Source: Escherichia coli (GTDB lineage Bacteria; Pseudomonadota; Gammaproteobacteria; Enterobacterales; Enterobacteriaceae). Taken from it: 64,000 nucleotides of DNA. Positions 7,860 through 22,566 of this stretch are shown here, piece by piece (the first letter of the stretch is position 1; every line of letters begins with the position of its first letter). The DNA lies in the NCBI RefSeq assembly GCF_003334355.1, contig NZ_QOWP01000009.1. The stretch is one strand, 5' to 3'. The notes below the pieces were generated by a model that made no database searches, was not told the origin of the DNA, and saw only the letters and a list, made by a program, of their open reading frames with translations. A program made the position numbers and the translations under genes.

Positions 7860-8855
7860 ATGAAAAAGAAAAGACCCGTACTTCAGGATGTGGCTGACCG
7901 TGTAGGCGTGACCAAAATGACGGTCAGCCGTTTTTTACGCAACCCGGAGCAGGTTTCCGTCGCTCTACGCGGCAAGATTGCCGCGGCTCTTGATGAACTG
8001 GGCTATATTCCCAATCGTGCGCCCGATATCCTCTCTAACGCCACCAGCCGGGCGATTGGCGTCCTGTTACCTTCTCTCACCAACCAGGTTTTCGCGGAAG
8101 TATTACGCGGAATCGAAAGCGTCACCGACGCGCACGGTTATCAGACCATGCTGGCGCACTACGGTTATAAACCGGAAATGGAGCAAGAACGCCTCGAATC
8201 CATGCTCTCCTGGAATATCGACGGCCTGATCCTCACCGAACGTACCCACACGCCGCGCACCTTAAAGATGATTGAAGTGGCGGGTATTCCCGTGGTGGAA
8301 CTGATGGACAGCAAGTCGCCATGCCTTGATATCGCCGTCGGTTTTGATAACTTTGAAGCAGCACGCCAGATGACCACTGCCATTATTGCTCGCGGGCATC
8401 GCCACATTGCCTATCTCGGCGCACGTCTCGACGAACGTACTATCATCAAACAGAAGGGATACGAACAGGCGATGCTGGATGCAGGCCTGGTGCCATATAG
8501 CGTGATGGTTGAGCAATCTTCTTCTTACTCTTCCGGTATTGAACTGATTCGCCAGGCGCGGCGGGAATATCCGCAGCTGGATGGCGTGTTCTGTACGAAT
8601 GATGACCTGGCGGTCGGCGCGGCGTTTGAATGTCAGCGTCTGGGGTTAAAAGTTCCTGACGATATGGCGATTGCCGGTTTCCACGGTCATGACATTGGTC
8701 AGGTGATGGAGCCACGACTTGCGAGCGTGCTGACGCCGCGTGAGCGGATGGGCAGTATTGGCGCTGAACGCCTGCTGGCGCGTATTCGTGGCGAATCTGT
8801 GACACCGAAAATGTTAGATTTAGGTTTCACCTTGTCACCGGGCGGATCTATTTAA
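7860..8855 (+). CDS. gntR: gluconate repressor GntR (LacI family, 331 aa)
   Basis: ORF track; N-terminal HTH MKKKRPVLQDVADRVGVTKMTVSRFL; synteny with gntK/gntU. Confidence 0.96.
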   Translation: MKKKRPVLQDVADRVGVTKMTVSRFLRNPEQVSVALRGKIAAALDELGYIPNRAPDILSNATSRAIGVLLPSLTNQVFAEVLRGIESVTDAHGYQTMLAHYGYKPEMEQERLESMLSWNIDGLILTERTHTPRTLKMIEVAGIPVVELMDSKSPCLDIAVGFDNFEAARQMTTAIIARGHRHIAYLGARLDERTIIKQKGYEQAMLDAGLVPYSVMVEQSSSYSSGIELIRQARREYPQLDGVFCTNDDLAVGAAFECQRLGLKVPDDMAIAGFHGHDIGQVMEPRLASVLTPRERMGSIGAERLLARIRGESVTPKMLDLGFTLSPGGSI

Positions 8856-8934
8856 GCCCACAAATTTGAAGTAGCTCACACTTATACACTTAAGGCATGG
8901 ATGGATATTGCTTCTGATATTGTCCGGCTGGACA

Positions 8935-8963
8935 ATGTTACCGATAACAGTTACCCGTAACAT
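8935..8963 (+). promoter_or_regulatory. two overlapping GntR operator palindromes in the gntKU promoter (ATGTTACCGATAACA / TGTTACCCGTAACAT)
   Basis: Matches the ATGTTA-N4-TAACAT GntR operator consensus, about 30-60 bp upstream of the gntK start; coordinates approximate. Confidence 0.6.
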
Positions 8964-8993
8964 TTTTAATTCTTGTATTGTGGGGGCACCACT

Positions 8994-9521
8994 TTGAGCA
9001 CGACTAACCATGATCACCACATTTACGTCTTGATGGGCGTATCGGGCAGCGGCAAATCTGCGGTCGCCAGTGAAGTGGCGCATCAACTTCATGCCGCGTT
9101 TCTTGATGGCGATTTCCTCCATCCACGGCGCAATATCGAAAAAATGGCGTCTGGCGAACCACTGAATGACGACGATCGCAAACCGTGGTTGCAGGCGCTG
9201 AACGACGCCGCGTTTGCTATGCAGCGCACTAATAAAGTGTCGCTGATCGTCTGTTCTGCATTGAAAAAACACTATCGCGACTTGCTGCGTGAAGGTAATC
9301 CGAATCTCTCTTTCATCTATTTGAAAGGCGATTTTGATGTGATTGAAAGCCGCCTGAAAGCGCGCAAAGGCCATTTCTTTAAAACCCAAATGTTGGTGAC
9401 GCAGTTTGAAACGCTGCAGGAGCCGGGTGCGGACGAAACCGATGTACTGGTGGTGGATATCGATCAACCGCTGGAAGGTGTTGTGGCAAGCACCATTGAG
9501 GTTATTAAAAAAGGCAAATAA
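8994..9521 (+). CDS. gntK: gluconokinase (thermoresistant), 175 aa, TTG start
   Basis: ORF track 8973..9521; the remembered GntK N-terminus MSTTNHDHHIYVLMGVSGSGKS (P-loop) begins at the in-frame TTG at 8994. Confidence 0.92.
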   Translation: MSTTNHDHHIYVLMGVSGSGKSAVASEVAHQLHAAFLDGDFLHPRRNIEKMASGEPLNDDDRKPWLQALNDAAFAMQRTNKVSLIVCSALKKHYRDLLREGNPNLSFIYLKGDFDVIESRLKARKGHFFKTQMLVTQFETLQEPGADETDVLVVDIDQPLEGVVASTIEVIKKGK

Positions 9522-9524
9522 GTA

Positions 9525-10865
9525 GTGACTACATTAACGCTTGTTTTAACAGCAGTAGGGTCTGTTTTACTGCTGCTGTTTTTAGTCATGAAGGCGCGTA
9601 TGCACGCTTTCCTGGCTTTAATGGTGGTGTCCATGGGGGCTGGCCTTTTTTCCGGTATGCCGCTCGATAAAATCGCAGCGACGATGGAAAAAGGGATGGG
9701 AGGCACCCTCGGCTTCCTGGCGGTGGTTGTCGCCCTGGGAGCTATGTTTGGCAAGATCTTACATGAAACCGGCGCAGTCGATCAGATTGCCGTCAAAATG
9801 CTCAAATCCTTCGGTCACAGCCGCGCGCATTATGCCATCGGCCTTGCGGGGCTGGTCTGTGCGCTACCGCTGTTCTTTGAAGTGGCGATTGTTCTGCTGA
9901 TTAGCGTTGCTTTCTCAATGGCGCGCCACACCGGTACGAACCTGGTGAAGCTGGTAATCCCATTATTCGCAGGCGTGGCGGCAGCGGCGGCGTTCCTGGT
10001 GCCAGGGCCAGCGCCAATGCTGCTGGCATCGCAGATGAACGCCGATTTTGGCTGGATGATCCTGATTGGCCTGTGTGCGGCAATTCCGGGAATGATTATT
10101 GCCGGGCCGCTGTGGGGTAATTTCATCAGCCGTTACGTGGAGTTGCATATTCCTGACGACATCAGCGAACCGCATCTCGGCGAAGGCAAAATGCCGTCCT
10201 TCGGATTCAGCCTGTCGCTGATCCTGTTGCCGCTGGTGCTGGTGGGGCTGAAAACCATTGCCGCGCGTTTTGTGCCAGAAGGCTCTACCGCTTACGAATG
10301 GTTCGAGTTTATTGGTCATCCGTTTACCGCGATTCTGGTTGCTTGTCTGGTGGCGATTTATGGCCTGGCGATGCGTCAGGGCATGCCAAAAGACAAAGTG
10401 ATGGAGATTTGCGGTCACGCGCTGCAACCGGCGGGGATCATTCTGCTGGTGATTGGTGCGGGCGGCGTGTTCAAACAGGTGCTGGTTGACTCTGGCGTAG
10501 GTCCGGCACTGGGCGAAGCGTTAACCGGCATGGGCCTGCCGATTGCTATCACCTGCTTCGTGCTGGCCGCTGCAGTGCGCATCATTCAGGGGTCTGCCAC
10601 CGTAGCCTGTTTAACGGCGGTGGGACTGGTGATGCCAGTCATTGAACAACTGAACTACTCTGGTGCGCAAATGGCGGCACTGTCGATTTGTATCGCTGGT
10701 GGTTCGATTGTTGTCAGCCACGTTAACGACGCTGGTTTCTGGTTGTTCGGTAAATTTACCGGCGCGACCGAAGCCGAAACGCTGAAAACCTGGACCATGA
10801 TGGAAACCATTCTCGGCACTGTCGGTGCCATCGTTGGGATGATTGCGTTCCAGCTGTTGAGTTAA
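9525..10865 (+). CDS. gntU: low-affinity gluconate:H+ symporter (GntP family, 446 aa), GTG start
   Basis: ORF track; polytopic membrane protein immediately downstream of gntK. Confidence 0.94.
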   Translation: MTTLTLVLTAVGSVLLLLFLVMKARMHAFLALMVVSMGAGLFSGMPLDKIAATMEKGMGGTLGFLAVVVALGAMFGKILHETGAVDQIAVKMLKSFGHSRAHYAIGLAGLVCALPLFFEVAIVLLISVAFSMARHTGTNLVKLVIPLFAGVAAAAAFLVPGPAPMLLASQMNADFGWMILIGLCAAIPGMIIAGPLWGNFISRYVELHIPDDISEPHLGEGKMPSFGFSLSLILLPLVLVGLKTIAARFVPEGSTAYEWFEFIGHPFTAILVACLVAIYGLAMRQGMPKDKVMEICGHALQPAGIILLVIGAGGVFKQVLVDSGVGPALGEALTGMGLPIAITCFVLAAAVRIIQGSATVACLTAVGLVMPVIEQLNYSGAQMAALSICIAGGSIVVSHVNDAGFWLFGKFTGATEAETLKTWTMMETILGTVGAIVGMIAFQLLS

Positions 10866-10921
10866 GTTTGTTCGCCCGGTAGTTGTGACGCTACCGGGTT
10901 CTTTTCGAAAAACTCTCCTCG

Positions 10922-11515
10922 TTACCCCTTCATCCACATTCGAATGCCGTCGAGGAACATCTGGGTTGCCATCATCACCAGAATCAATCCCATCAGGCGT
11001 TCAAGTGCGTTCACCCCTTTCTCGCCCAGCAGACGTAAAAATAGCGAAGACTGTAGCAGGATGACAAAGGTGCCGCCCCAGGCCAGCAGCAGAGCAATCA
11101 CCAGATGCCCCATCTGATTCGGGTACTGATGAGACAACAACATCAGCGTGGCGAGAATAGTCGGCCCGGCGACTAACGGAATTGCCAACGGCACGATAAA
11201 TGGCTCTTCACCTGCAGGAAGCCCGCTGCTATTTCCTGAAGCGCTGGGGAAAATCATCTTAATGGCGATCAGAAACAGAATGATGCCGCCAGAAATGGAG
11301 ACGGTTTCTGCTCGCAGGCTGAGAAATGCCAGAATTTTCTCACCCGCAAACAGGAACACCAGCATCACCAGGAGAGCAATAAGCAACTCTCGCACCATGA
11401 TTGCCCGCCGTCTTTTCGGTTCAGTATGTTTCAGTACGGACATGAAAATAGGCAGGTTTCCGAGCGGATCCATAATCAGGATCAATAAAACTGCTGCAGA
11501 AATGATTTCATTCAT
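10922..11515 (-). CDS. yhgN: MarC-family inner-membrane protein (197 aa)
   Basis: ORF track; hydrophobic multi-TM sequence; synteny between gntU and asd. Confidence 0.88.
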   Translation of the reverse strand: MNEIISAAVLLILIMDPLGNLPIFMSVLKHTEPKRRRAIMVRELLIALLVMLVFLFAGEKILAFLSLRAETVSISGGIILFLIAIKMIFPSASGNSSGLPAGEEPFIVPLAIPLVAGPTILATLMLLSHQYPNQMGHLVIALLLAWGGTFVILLQSSLFLRLLGEKGVNALERLMGLILVMMATQMFLDGIRMWMKG

Positions 11516-11706
11516 AACTCAAATTCCCTGATAATTGCCGCGGACTTTCTGCGTGCTAACAAAGCAGGATAAGTCGCATTACTGATGGCTTCGCTATCAT
11601 TGATTAATTTCACTTGCGACTTTGGCTGCTTTTTGTATGGTGAAAGATGTGCCAAGAGGAGACCGGCACATTTATACAGCACACATCTTTGCAGGAAAAA
11701 ACGCTT

Positions 11707-12810
11707 ATGAAAAATGTTGGTTTTATCGGCTGGCGCGGTATGGTCGGCTCCGTTCTCATGCAACGCATGGTTGAAGAGCGCGACTTCGACGCCATTCGCC
11801 CTGTCTTCTTTTCTACTTCTCAGCTTGGCCAGGCTGCGCCGTCTTTTGGCGGAACCACTGGCACACTTCAGGATGCCTTTGATCTGGAGGCGCTAAAGGC
11901 CCTCGATATTATTGTGACCTGTCAGGGCGGCGATTATACCAACGAAATCTATCCAAAGCTTCGTGAAAGCGGATGGCAAGGTTACTGGATTGACGCAGCA
12001 TCGTCTCTGCGCATGAAAGATGACGCCATCATCATTCTTGACCCCGTCAATCAGGACGTCATTACCGACGGATTAAATAATGGCATCAGGACTTTTGTTG
12101 GCGGTAACTGTACCGTAAGCCTGATGTTGATGTCGTTGGGTGGTTTATTCGCCAATGATCTTGTTGATTGGGTGTCCGTTGCAACCTACCAGGCCGCTTC
12201 CGGCGGTGGTGCGCGACATATGCGTGAGTTATTAACCCAGATGGGCCATCTGTATGGCCATGTGGCAGATGAACTCGCGACCCCGTCCTCTGCTATTCTC
12301 GATATCGAACGCAAAGTCACAACCTTAACCCGTAGCGGTGAGCTGCCGGTGGATAACTTTGGCGTGCCGCTGGCGGGTAGCCTGATTCCGTGGATCGACA
12401 AACAGCTCGATAACGGTCAGAGCCGCGAAGAGTGGAAAGGGCAGGCGGAAACCAACAAGATCCTCAACACATCTTCCGTAATTCCGGTAGATGGTTTATG
12501 TGTGCGTGTCGGGGCATTGCGCTGCCACAGCCAGGCATTCACTATTAAATTGAAAAAAGATGTGTCTATTCCGACCGTGGAAGAACTGCTGGCTGCGCAC
12601 AATCCGTGGGCGAAAGTCGTTCCGAACGATCGGGAAATCACTATGCGTGAGCTAACCCCAGCTGCCGTTACCGGCACGCTGACCACGCCGGTAGGCCGCC
12701 TGCGTAAGCTGAATATGGGACCAGAGTTCCTGTCAGCCTTTACAGTGGGCGACCAGCTGCTGTGGGGGGCCGCGGAGCCGCTGCGTCGGATGCTTCGTCA
12801 ACTGGCGTAA
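11707..12810 (+). CDS. asd: aspartate-semialdehyde dehydrogenase (367 aa)
   Basis: ORF track 11647..12810; internal ATG at 11707 gives [27 protein letters not shown]. Confidence 0.96.
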
Positions 12811-12828
12811 TCTTTATTCATTAAATCT

Positions 12829-12850
12829 GGGGCGCGATGCCGCCCCTGTT
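12829..12850 (+). terminator. GC hairpin (GGGGCG-CGATGC-CGCCCC) after asd; candidate terminator
   Basis: Read from the sequence; short T-tract only. Confidence 0.4.
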
Positions 12851-13082
12851 AGTGCGTAATACAGGAGTAAGCGCAGATGTTTCATGATTTACCGGGAGTT
12901 AAATAGAGCATTGGCTATTCTTTAAGGGTGGCTGAATACATGAGTATTCACAGCCTTACCTGAAGTGAGGACGACGCAGAGAGGATGCACAGAGTGCTGC
13001 GCCGTTCAGGTCAAAAAAATGTCACAACCAGAAGTCAAAAATCCAATTGGATGGGGTGACACAATAAAACAGGAAGACAAGC

Positions 13083-15269
13083 ATGTCCGATCGTATCGAT
13101 AGAGACGTGATTAACGCGCTAATTGCAGGCCATTTTGCGGATCCTTTTTCCGTACTGGGAATGCATAAAACCACCGCGGGACTGGAAGTCCGTGCCCTTT
13201 TACCCGACGCTACCGATGTGTGGGTGATTGAACCGAAAACCGGGCGCAAACTCGCAAAACTGGAGTGTCTCGACTCACGGGGATTCTTTAGCGGCGTCAT
13301 TCCGCGACGTAAGAATTTTTTCCGCTATCAGTTGGCTGTTGTCTGGCATGGTCAGCAAAACCTGATTGATGATCCTTACCGTTTTGGTCCGCTAATCCAG
13401 GAAATGGATGCCTGGCTATTATCTGAAGGTACTCACCTGCGCCCGTATGAAACCTTAGGCGCGCATGCAGATACTATGGATGGCGTCACAGGTACGCGTT
13501 TCTCTGTCTGGGCTCCAAACGCCCGTCGGGTCTCGGTGGTTGGGCAATTCAACTACTGGGACGGTCGCCGTCACCCGATGCGCCTGCGTAAAGAGAGCGG
13601 CATCTGGGAACTGTTTATCCCTGGGGCGCATAACGGTCAGCTCTATAAATACGAGATGATTGATGCCAATGGCAACTTGCGTCTGAAGTCCGACCCTTAT
13701 GCCTTCGAAGCGCAAATGCGCCCGGAAACCGCGTCTCTTATTTGCGGGCTGCCGGAAAAGGTTGTACAGACTGAAGAGCGCAAAAAAGCGAATCAGTTTG
13801 ATGCGCCAATCTCTATTTATGAAGTTCACCTGGGTTCCTGGCGTCGCCACACCGACAACAATTTCTGGTTGAGCTACCGCGAGCTGGCCGATCAACTGGT
13901 GCCTTATGCTAAATGGATGGGCTTTACCCACCTCGAACTACTGCCCATTAACGAGCATCCCTTCGATGGCAGTTGGGGTTATCAGCCAACCGGCCTGTAT
14001 GCACCAACCCGCCGTTTTGGTACTCGCGACGACTTCCGTTATTTCATTGATGCCGCACACGCAGCTGGTCTGAACGTGATTCTCGACTGGGTGCCAGGCC
14101 ACTTCCCGACTGATGACTTTGCGCTTGCCGAATTTGATGGCACGAACTTGTATGAACACAGCGATCCGCGTGAAGGCTATCATCAGGACTGGAACACGCT
14201 GATCTACAACTATGGTCGCCGTGAAGTCAGTAACTTCCTCGTCGGTAACGCGCTTTACTGGATTGAACGTTTTGGTATTGATGCGCTGCGCGTCGATGCG
14301 GTGGCGTCAATGATTTATCGCGACTACAGCCGTAAAGAGGGGGAGTGGATCCCGAACGAATTTGGCGGGCGCGAGAATCTTGAAGCGATTGAATTCTTGC
14401 GTAATACCAACCGTATTCTTGGTGAGCAGGTTTCCGGTGCGGTGACAATGGCTGAGGAGTCTACCGATTTCCCTGGCGTTTCTCGTCCGCAGGATATGGG
14501 CGGTCTGGGCTTCTGGTACAAGTGGAACCTCGGCTGGATGCATGACACCCTGGACTACATGAAGCTCGACCCGGTTTATCGTCAGTATCATCACGATAAA
14601 CTGACCTTCGGGATTCTCTACAACTACACTGAAAACTTCGTCCTGCCGTTGTCGCATGATGAAGTGGTCCACGGTAAAAAATCGATTCTCGACCGCATGC
14701 CGGGCGACGCATGGCAGAAATTCGCGAACCTGCGCGCCTACTATGGCTGGATGTGGGCATTCCCGGGCAAGAAACTACTGTTCATGGGTAACGAATTTGC
14801 CCAGGGCCGCGAGTGGAACCATGACGCCAGCCTCGACTGGCATCTGTTGGAAGGCGGCGATAACTGGCACCACGGTGTCCAGCGTCTGGTGCGCGATCTG
14901 AACCTCACCTACCGCCACCATAAAGCAATGCATGAACTGGATTTTGACCCGTACGGCTTTGAATGGCTGGTGGTGGATGACAAAGAACGCTCGGTGCTGA
15001 TCTTTGTGCGTCGCGATAAAGAGGGTAACGAAATCATCGTTGCCAGTAACTTTACGCCGGTACCGCGTCATGATTATCGCTTCGGCATTAATCAGCCGGG
15101 CAAATGGCGTGAAATCCTCAATACCGATTCCATGCACTATCACGGCAGTAATGCAGGCAATGGCGGCACGGTACACAGCGATGAGATTGCCAGCCACGGT
15201 CGTCAGCATTCACTAAGCCTGACGCTACCACCGCTGGCCACTATCTGGCTGGTTCGGGAGGCAGAATGA
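13083..15269 (+). CDS. glgB: 1,4-alpha-glucan branching enzyme (728 aa)
   Basis: ORF track; [28 protein letters not shown]...; first gene of glgBXCAP. Confidence 0.98.
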   Translation: MSDRIDRDVINALIAGHFADPFSVLGMHKTTAGLEVRALLPDATDVWVIEPKTGRKLAKLECLDSRGFFSGVIPRRKNFFRYQLAVVWHGQQNLIDDPYRFGPLIQEMDAWLLSEGTHLRPYETLGAHADTMDGVTGTRFSVWAPNARRVSVVGQFNYWDGRRHPMRLRKESGIWELFIPGAHNGQLYKYEMIDANGNLRLKSDPYAFEAQMRPETASLICGLPEKVVQTEERKKANQFDAPISIYEVHLGSWRRHTDNNFWLSYRELADQLVPYAKWMGFTHLELLPINEHPFDGSWGYQPTGLYAPTRRFGTRDDFRYFIDAAHAAGLNVILDWVPGHFPTDDFALAEFDGTNLYEHSDPREGYHQDWNTLIYNYGRREVSNFLVGNALYWIERFGIDALRVDAVASMIYRDYSRKEGEWIPNEFGGRENLEAIEFLRNTNRILGEQVSGAVTMAEESTDFPGVSRPQDMGGLGFWYKWNLGWMHDTLDYMKLDPVYRQYHHDKLTFGILYNYTENFVLPLSHDEVVHGKKSILDRMPGDAWQKFANLRAYYGWMWAFPGKKLLFMGNEFAQGREWNHDASLDWHLLEGGDNWHHGVQRLVRDLNLTYRHHKAMHELDFDPYGFEWLVVDDKERSVLIFVRRDKEGNEIIVASNFTPVPRHDYRFGINQPGKWREILNTDSMHYHGSNAGNGGTVHSDEIASHGRQHSLSLTLPPLATIWLVREAE

Positions 15270-17239
15270 CACAACTCGCCATTGGCAAACCCGCTCCCCT
15301 CGGCGCGCATTACGACGGTCAGGGCGTCAACTTCACACTTTTCTCCGTTCATGCCGAGCGGGTAGAACTGTGTGTCTTTGACGCCAATGGCCAGGAACAT
15401 CGCTATGACTTGCCAGGGCACAGTGGCGACATTTGGCACGGTTATCTGCCGGATGCGCGCCCGGGTTTGCGTTATGGTTATCGCGTTCATGGCCCCTGGC
15501 AACCCGCCGAGGGGCATCGCTTTAACCCGGCGAAGTTGTTGATTGATCCTTGCGCGCGGCAAATTGACGGGGAGTTTAAAGATAACCCGCTGCTGCACGC
15601 CGGTCATAATGAACCTGACTATCGCGACAACGCCGCCATTGCGCCGAAATGCGTAGTGGTGGTTGATCACTATGACTGGGAAGATGATGCCCCGCCGCGC
15701 ACGCCGTGGGGCAGCACCATCATTTATGAAGCCCATGTCAAAGGATTAACGTACTTGCACCCGGAGATCCCGGTCGAGATCCGTGGCACTTATAAAGCCC
15801 TCGGGCATCCGGTGATGATCAACTATTTGAAACAATTGGGCATTACCGCGCTGGAACTGCTGCCAGTGACGCAGTTTGCCAGTGAACCACGTCTGCAACG
15901 CATGGGGCTAAGTAACTACTGGGGTTACAACCCGGTGGCGATGTTTGCGCTGCATCCGGCGTATGCCTGCTCGCCAGAAACGGCGCTGGATGAGTTTCGC
16001 GATGCAATCAAAGCACTGCATAAAGCGGGTATCGAAGTCATTCTTGATATCGTGCTCAACCATAGTGCGGAACTGGACCTCGACGGCCCGTTATTCTCGC
16101 TGCGTGGGATCGATAACCGTAGCTATTATTGGATAAGAGAAGACGGCGATTATCACAACTGGACCGGTTGCGGCAACACGCTCAATTTGAGTCATCCGGC
16201 GGTGGTGGATTATGCCAGCGCCTGCCTGCGTTATTGGGTAGAAACCTGCCACGTCGATGGTTTCCGCTTTGATCTGGCGGCAGTCATGGGCCGTACGCCA
16301 GAGTTCCGTCAGGATGCGCCGTTGTTTACCGCTATCCAGAACTGCCCGGTGCTCTCGCAGGTGAAGTTAATTGCTGAACCGTGGGATATCGCTCCTGGTG
16401 GTTATCAGGTGGGAAATTTCCCGCCGCTGTTTGCCGAGTGGAACGATCATTTCCGCGATGCTGCCCGTCGTTTCTGGCTGCATTATGATTTGCCTCTGGG
16501 GGCGTTTGCCGGGCGTTTTGCTGCCTCCAGCGATGTTTTTAAACGTAATGGTCGTCTGCCGAGTGCCGCGATTAATCTCGTCACCGCACATGACGGTTTT
16601 ACGCTTCGCGACTGCGTTTGCTTCAACCATAAACACAATGAAGCAAACGGAGAAGAAAATCGCGACGGGACCAACAACAATTACAGTAACAATCATGGTA
16701 AAGAAGGGTTAGGCGGTACTCTTGATCTGGTTGAACGGCGGCGCGACAGCATTCATGCCCTGTTAACAACGTTGTTGCTCTCCCAGGGCACGCCGATGTT
16801 ACTGGCCGGTGACGAACATGGTCACAGCCAGCATGGCAATAACAATGCCTACTGTCAGGATAACCAATTAACCTGGTTGGACTGGTCGCAGGCAAGCAGT
16901 GGTTTAACCGCATTTACCGCCGCGTTAATCCATCTGCGCAAGCGTATTCCCGCTTTGGTGGAGAATCGCTGGTGGGAAGAAGGCGACGGCAATGTCCGTT
17001 GGCTAAATCGATATGCTCAACCTTTAAGCACGGATGAGTGGCAAAACGGGCCGAAACAGCTGCAAATTCTGCTCTCGGATCGCTTTTTGATCGCAATTAA
17101 CGCCACGCTTGAGGTAACAGAGATTGTTTTACCTGCTGGGGAGTGGCACGCCATTCCCCCATTCGCTGGAGAGGATAACCCAGTGATTACGGCTGTCTGG
17201 CAGGGACCTGCACACGGATTGTGTGTGTTCCAGAGATGA
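15266..17239 (+). CDS. glgX: glycogen debranching enzyme (657 aa)
   Basis: ORF track; start overlaps the glgB stop by 4 nt; GH13 motifs. Confidence 0.98.
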
Positions 17240-17256
17240 TAAAAAAGGAGTTAGTC

Positions 17257-18552
17257 ATGGTTAGTTTAGAGAAGAACGATCACTTAATGTTGGCGCGCCA
17301 GCTGCCATTGAAATCTGTTGCCCTGATACTGGCGGGAGGACGTGGTACCCGCCTGAAGGATTTAACCAATAAGCGAGCAAAACCGGCCGTACACTTCGGC
17401 GGTAAGTTCCGCATTATCGACTTTGCGCTGTCTAACTGCATCAACTCCGGGATCCGTCGTATGGGCGTGATCACCCAGTACCAGTCCCACACTCTGGTGC
17501 AGCACATTCAGCGCGGCTGGTCATTCTTTAATGAAGAAATGAACGAGTTTGTCGATCTGCTGCCAGCGCAGCAGAGAATGAAAGGGGAAAACTGGTATCG
17601 CGGCACCGCAGATGCGGTCACCCAAAACCTCGATATTATCCGCCGTTATAAAGCGGAATACGTGGTGATCCTGGCGGGCGACCATATCTACAAGCAAGAT
17701 TACTCGCGTATGCTTATCGATCACGTCGAAAAAGGCGCACGTTGCACCGTTGCTTGTATGCCAGTACCGATTGAAGAAGCCTCCGCATTTGGCGTTATGG
17801 CGGTTGATGAGAACGATAAAATTATCGAATTCGTTGAAAAACCTGCTAACCCACCGTCAATGCCGAACGATCCGAGCAAATCTCTGGCGAGTATGGGTAT
17901 CTACGTCTTTGACGCCGACTATCTGTATGAACTGCTGGAAGAAGACGATCGTGATGAGAACTCCAGCCACGACTTTGGCAAAGATTTGATTCCCAAGATC
18001 ACCGAAGCCGGTCTGGCCTATGCGCACCCGTTCCCGCTCTCTTGCGTACAATCCGACCCGGATGCCGAGCCGTACTGGCGCGATGTGGGTACGCTGGAAG
18101 CTTACTGGAAAGCGAACCTCGATCTGGCCTCTGTGGTGCCGGAACTGGATATGTACGATCGCAATTGGCCAATTCGCACCTACAATGAATCATTACCGCC
18201 AGCGAAATTCGTGCAGGATCGCTCCGGTAGCCACGGGATGACCCTTAACTCACTGGTATCCGGCGGCTGTGTGATCTCCGGTTCGGTGGTGGTGCAGTCC
18301 GTTCTGTTCTCGCGCGTTCGCGTGAATTCATTCTGCAACATTGATTCCGCCGTATTGTTACCGGAAGTATGGGTAGGTCGCTCGTGCCGTCTGCGCCGCT
18401 GCGTCATCGATCGTGCTTGTGTTATTCCGGAAGGCATGGTGATTGGTGAAAACGCAGAGGAAGATGCACGTCGTTTCTATCGTTCAGAAGAAGGCATCGT
18501 GCTGGTAACGCGCGAAATGCTACGGAAGTTAGGGCATAAACAGGAGCGATAA
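17257..18552 (+). CDS. glgC: glucose-1-phosphate adenylyltransferase (431 aa)
   Basis: ORF track 17221..18552; ATG at 17257 ([33 protein letters not shown]) preceded by AAAAAGGAG. Confidence 0.97.
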
Positions 18553-19985
18553 TGCAGGTTTTACATGTATGTTCAGAGATGTTCCCGCTGCTTAAAACCG
18601 GCGGTCTGGCTGATGTTATTGGGGCATTACCCGCAGCACAAATCGCAGACGGCGTTGACGCTCGCGTACTGTTGCCTGCATTTCCCGATATTCGCCGTGG
18701 CGTGACCGATGCGCAAGTAGTATCCCGTCGTGATACCTTCGCCGGACATATCACGCTGTTGTTCGGTCATTACAACGGGGTTGGCATATACCTGATTGAC
18801 GCGCCGCATCTCTATGATCGTCCGGGAAGCCCGTATCACGATACCAACTTATTTGCCTATACCGACAACGTATTGCGTTTTGCGCTGCTGGGGTGGGTTG
18901 GGGCAGAAATGGCCAGCGGGCTTGACCCATTCTGGCGTCCTGATGTGGTGCATGCGCACGACTGGCATGCAGGCCTTGCGCCTGCGTATCTGGCGGCGCG
19001 CGGGCGTCCGGCGAAGTCGGTGTTTACTGTGCACAACTTGGCCTATCAAGGCATGTTTTATGCACATCACATGAATGACATCCAATTGCCATGGTCATTC
19101 TTTAATATTCATGGGCTGGAATTCAACGGACAAATCTCTTTCCTGAAGGCCGGTCTGTACTATGCCGATCACATTACGGCGGTCAGTCCAACCTACGCTC
19201 GCGAGATCACCGAACCGCAGTTTGCCTACGGTATGGAAGGTCTGTTGCAACAGCGTCACCGTGAAGGGCGTCTTTCCGGCGTACTGAACGGCGTGGACGA
19301 GAAAATCTGGAGTCCTGAGACGGACTTACTGTTGGCCTCGCGTTACACCCGCGATACGTTGGAAGATAAAGCGGAAAATAAGCGCCAGTTACAAATCGCA
19401 ATGGGGCTTAAGGTTGACGATAAAGTGCCGCTTTTTGCAGTGGTGAGCCGTCTGACCAGCCAGAAAGGTCTCGACCTGGTGCTGGAAGCCTTACCGGGCC
19501 TTCTGGAGCAGGGCGGGCAGCTGGCGCTACTCGGCGCGGGCGATCCGGTGCTGCAGGAAGGTTTCCTTGCGGCGGCAGCGGAATACCCCGGTCAGGTGGG
19601 CGTTCAGATTGGCTATCACGAAGCATTTTCGCATCGCATTATGGGCGGCGCGGACGTCATTCTGGTGCCCAGCCGTTTTGAACCGTGCGGCTTAACGCAA
19701 CTTTATGGATTGAAGTACGGTACGCTGCCGTTAGTGCGGCGCACCGGTGGGCTTGCTGATACGGTTTCTGACTGTTCTCTTGAGAACCTTGCAGATGGCG
19801 TCGCCAGTGGGTTTGTCTTTGAAGATAGTAATGCCTGGTCGCTGTTACGGGCTATTCGGCGTGCTTTTGTACTGTGGTCCCGTCCTTCACTGTGGCGGTT
19901 TGTGCAACGTCAGGCTATGGCAATGGATTTTAGCTGGCAGGTCGCGGCGAAGTCGTACCGTGAGCTTTACTATCGCTTGAAATAG
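18552..19985 (+). CDS. glgA: glycogen synthase (477 aa)
   Basis: ORF track; [22 protein letters not shown]...; start overlaps the glgC stop (TAATG). Confidence 0.98.
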
Positions 19986-22451
<2,466 letters not shown>

Positions 22452-22465
22452 TTTCACTAATAAAT

Positions 22466-22497
22466 AGAACGGGGCCAAAGGGTCCCGTTTTTTTCGC
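22466..22497 (+). terminator. intrinsic terminator of the glg operon (AACGGGGCCAAAGGGTCCCGTT + T7)
   Basis: Hairpin plus run of 7 T immediately after the glgP stop. Confidence 0.7.
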
Positions 22498-22566
22498 CAT
22501 CATTTCGGAAAAGTGTCCAGAAGGGGCAAGGGGACTCGGGGAGTATAATTTCGCCATTCAGAAAGA

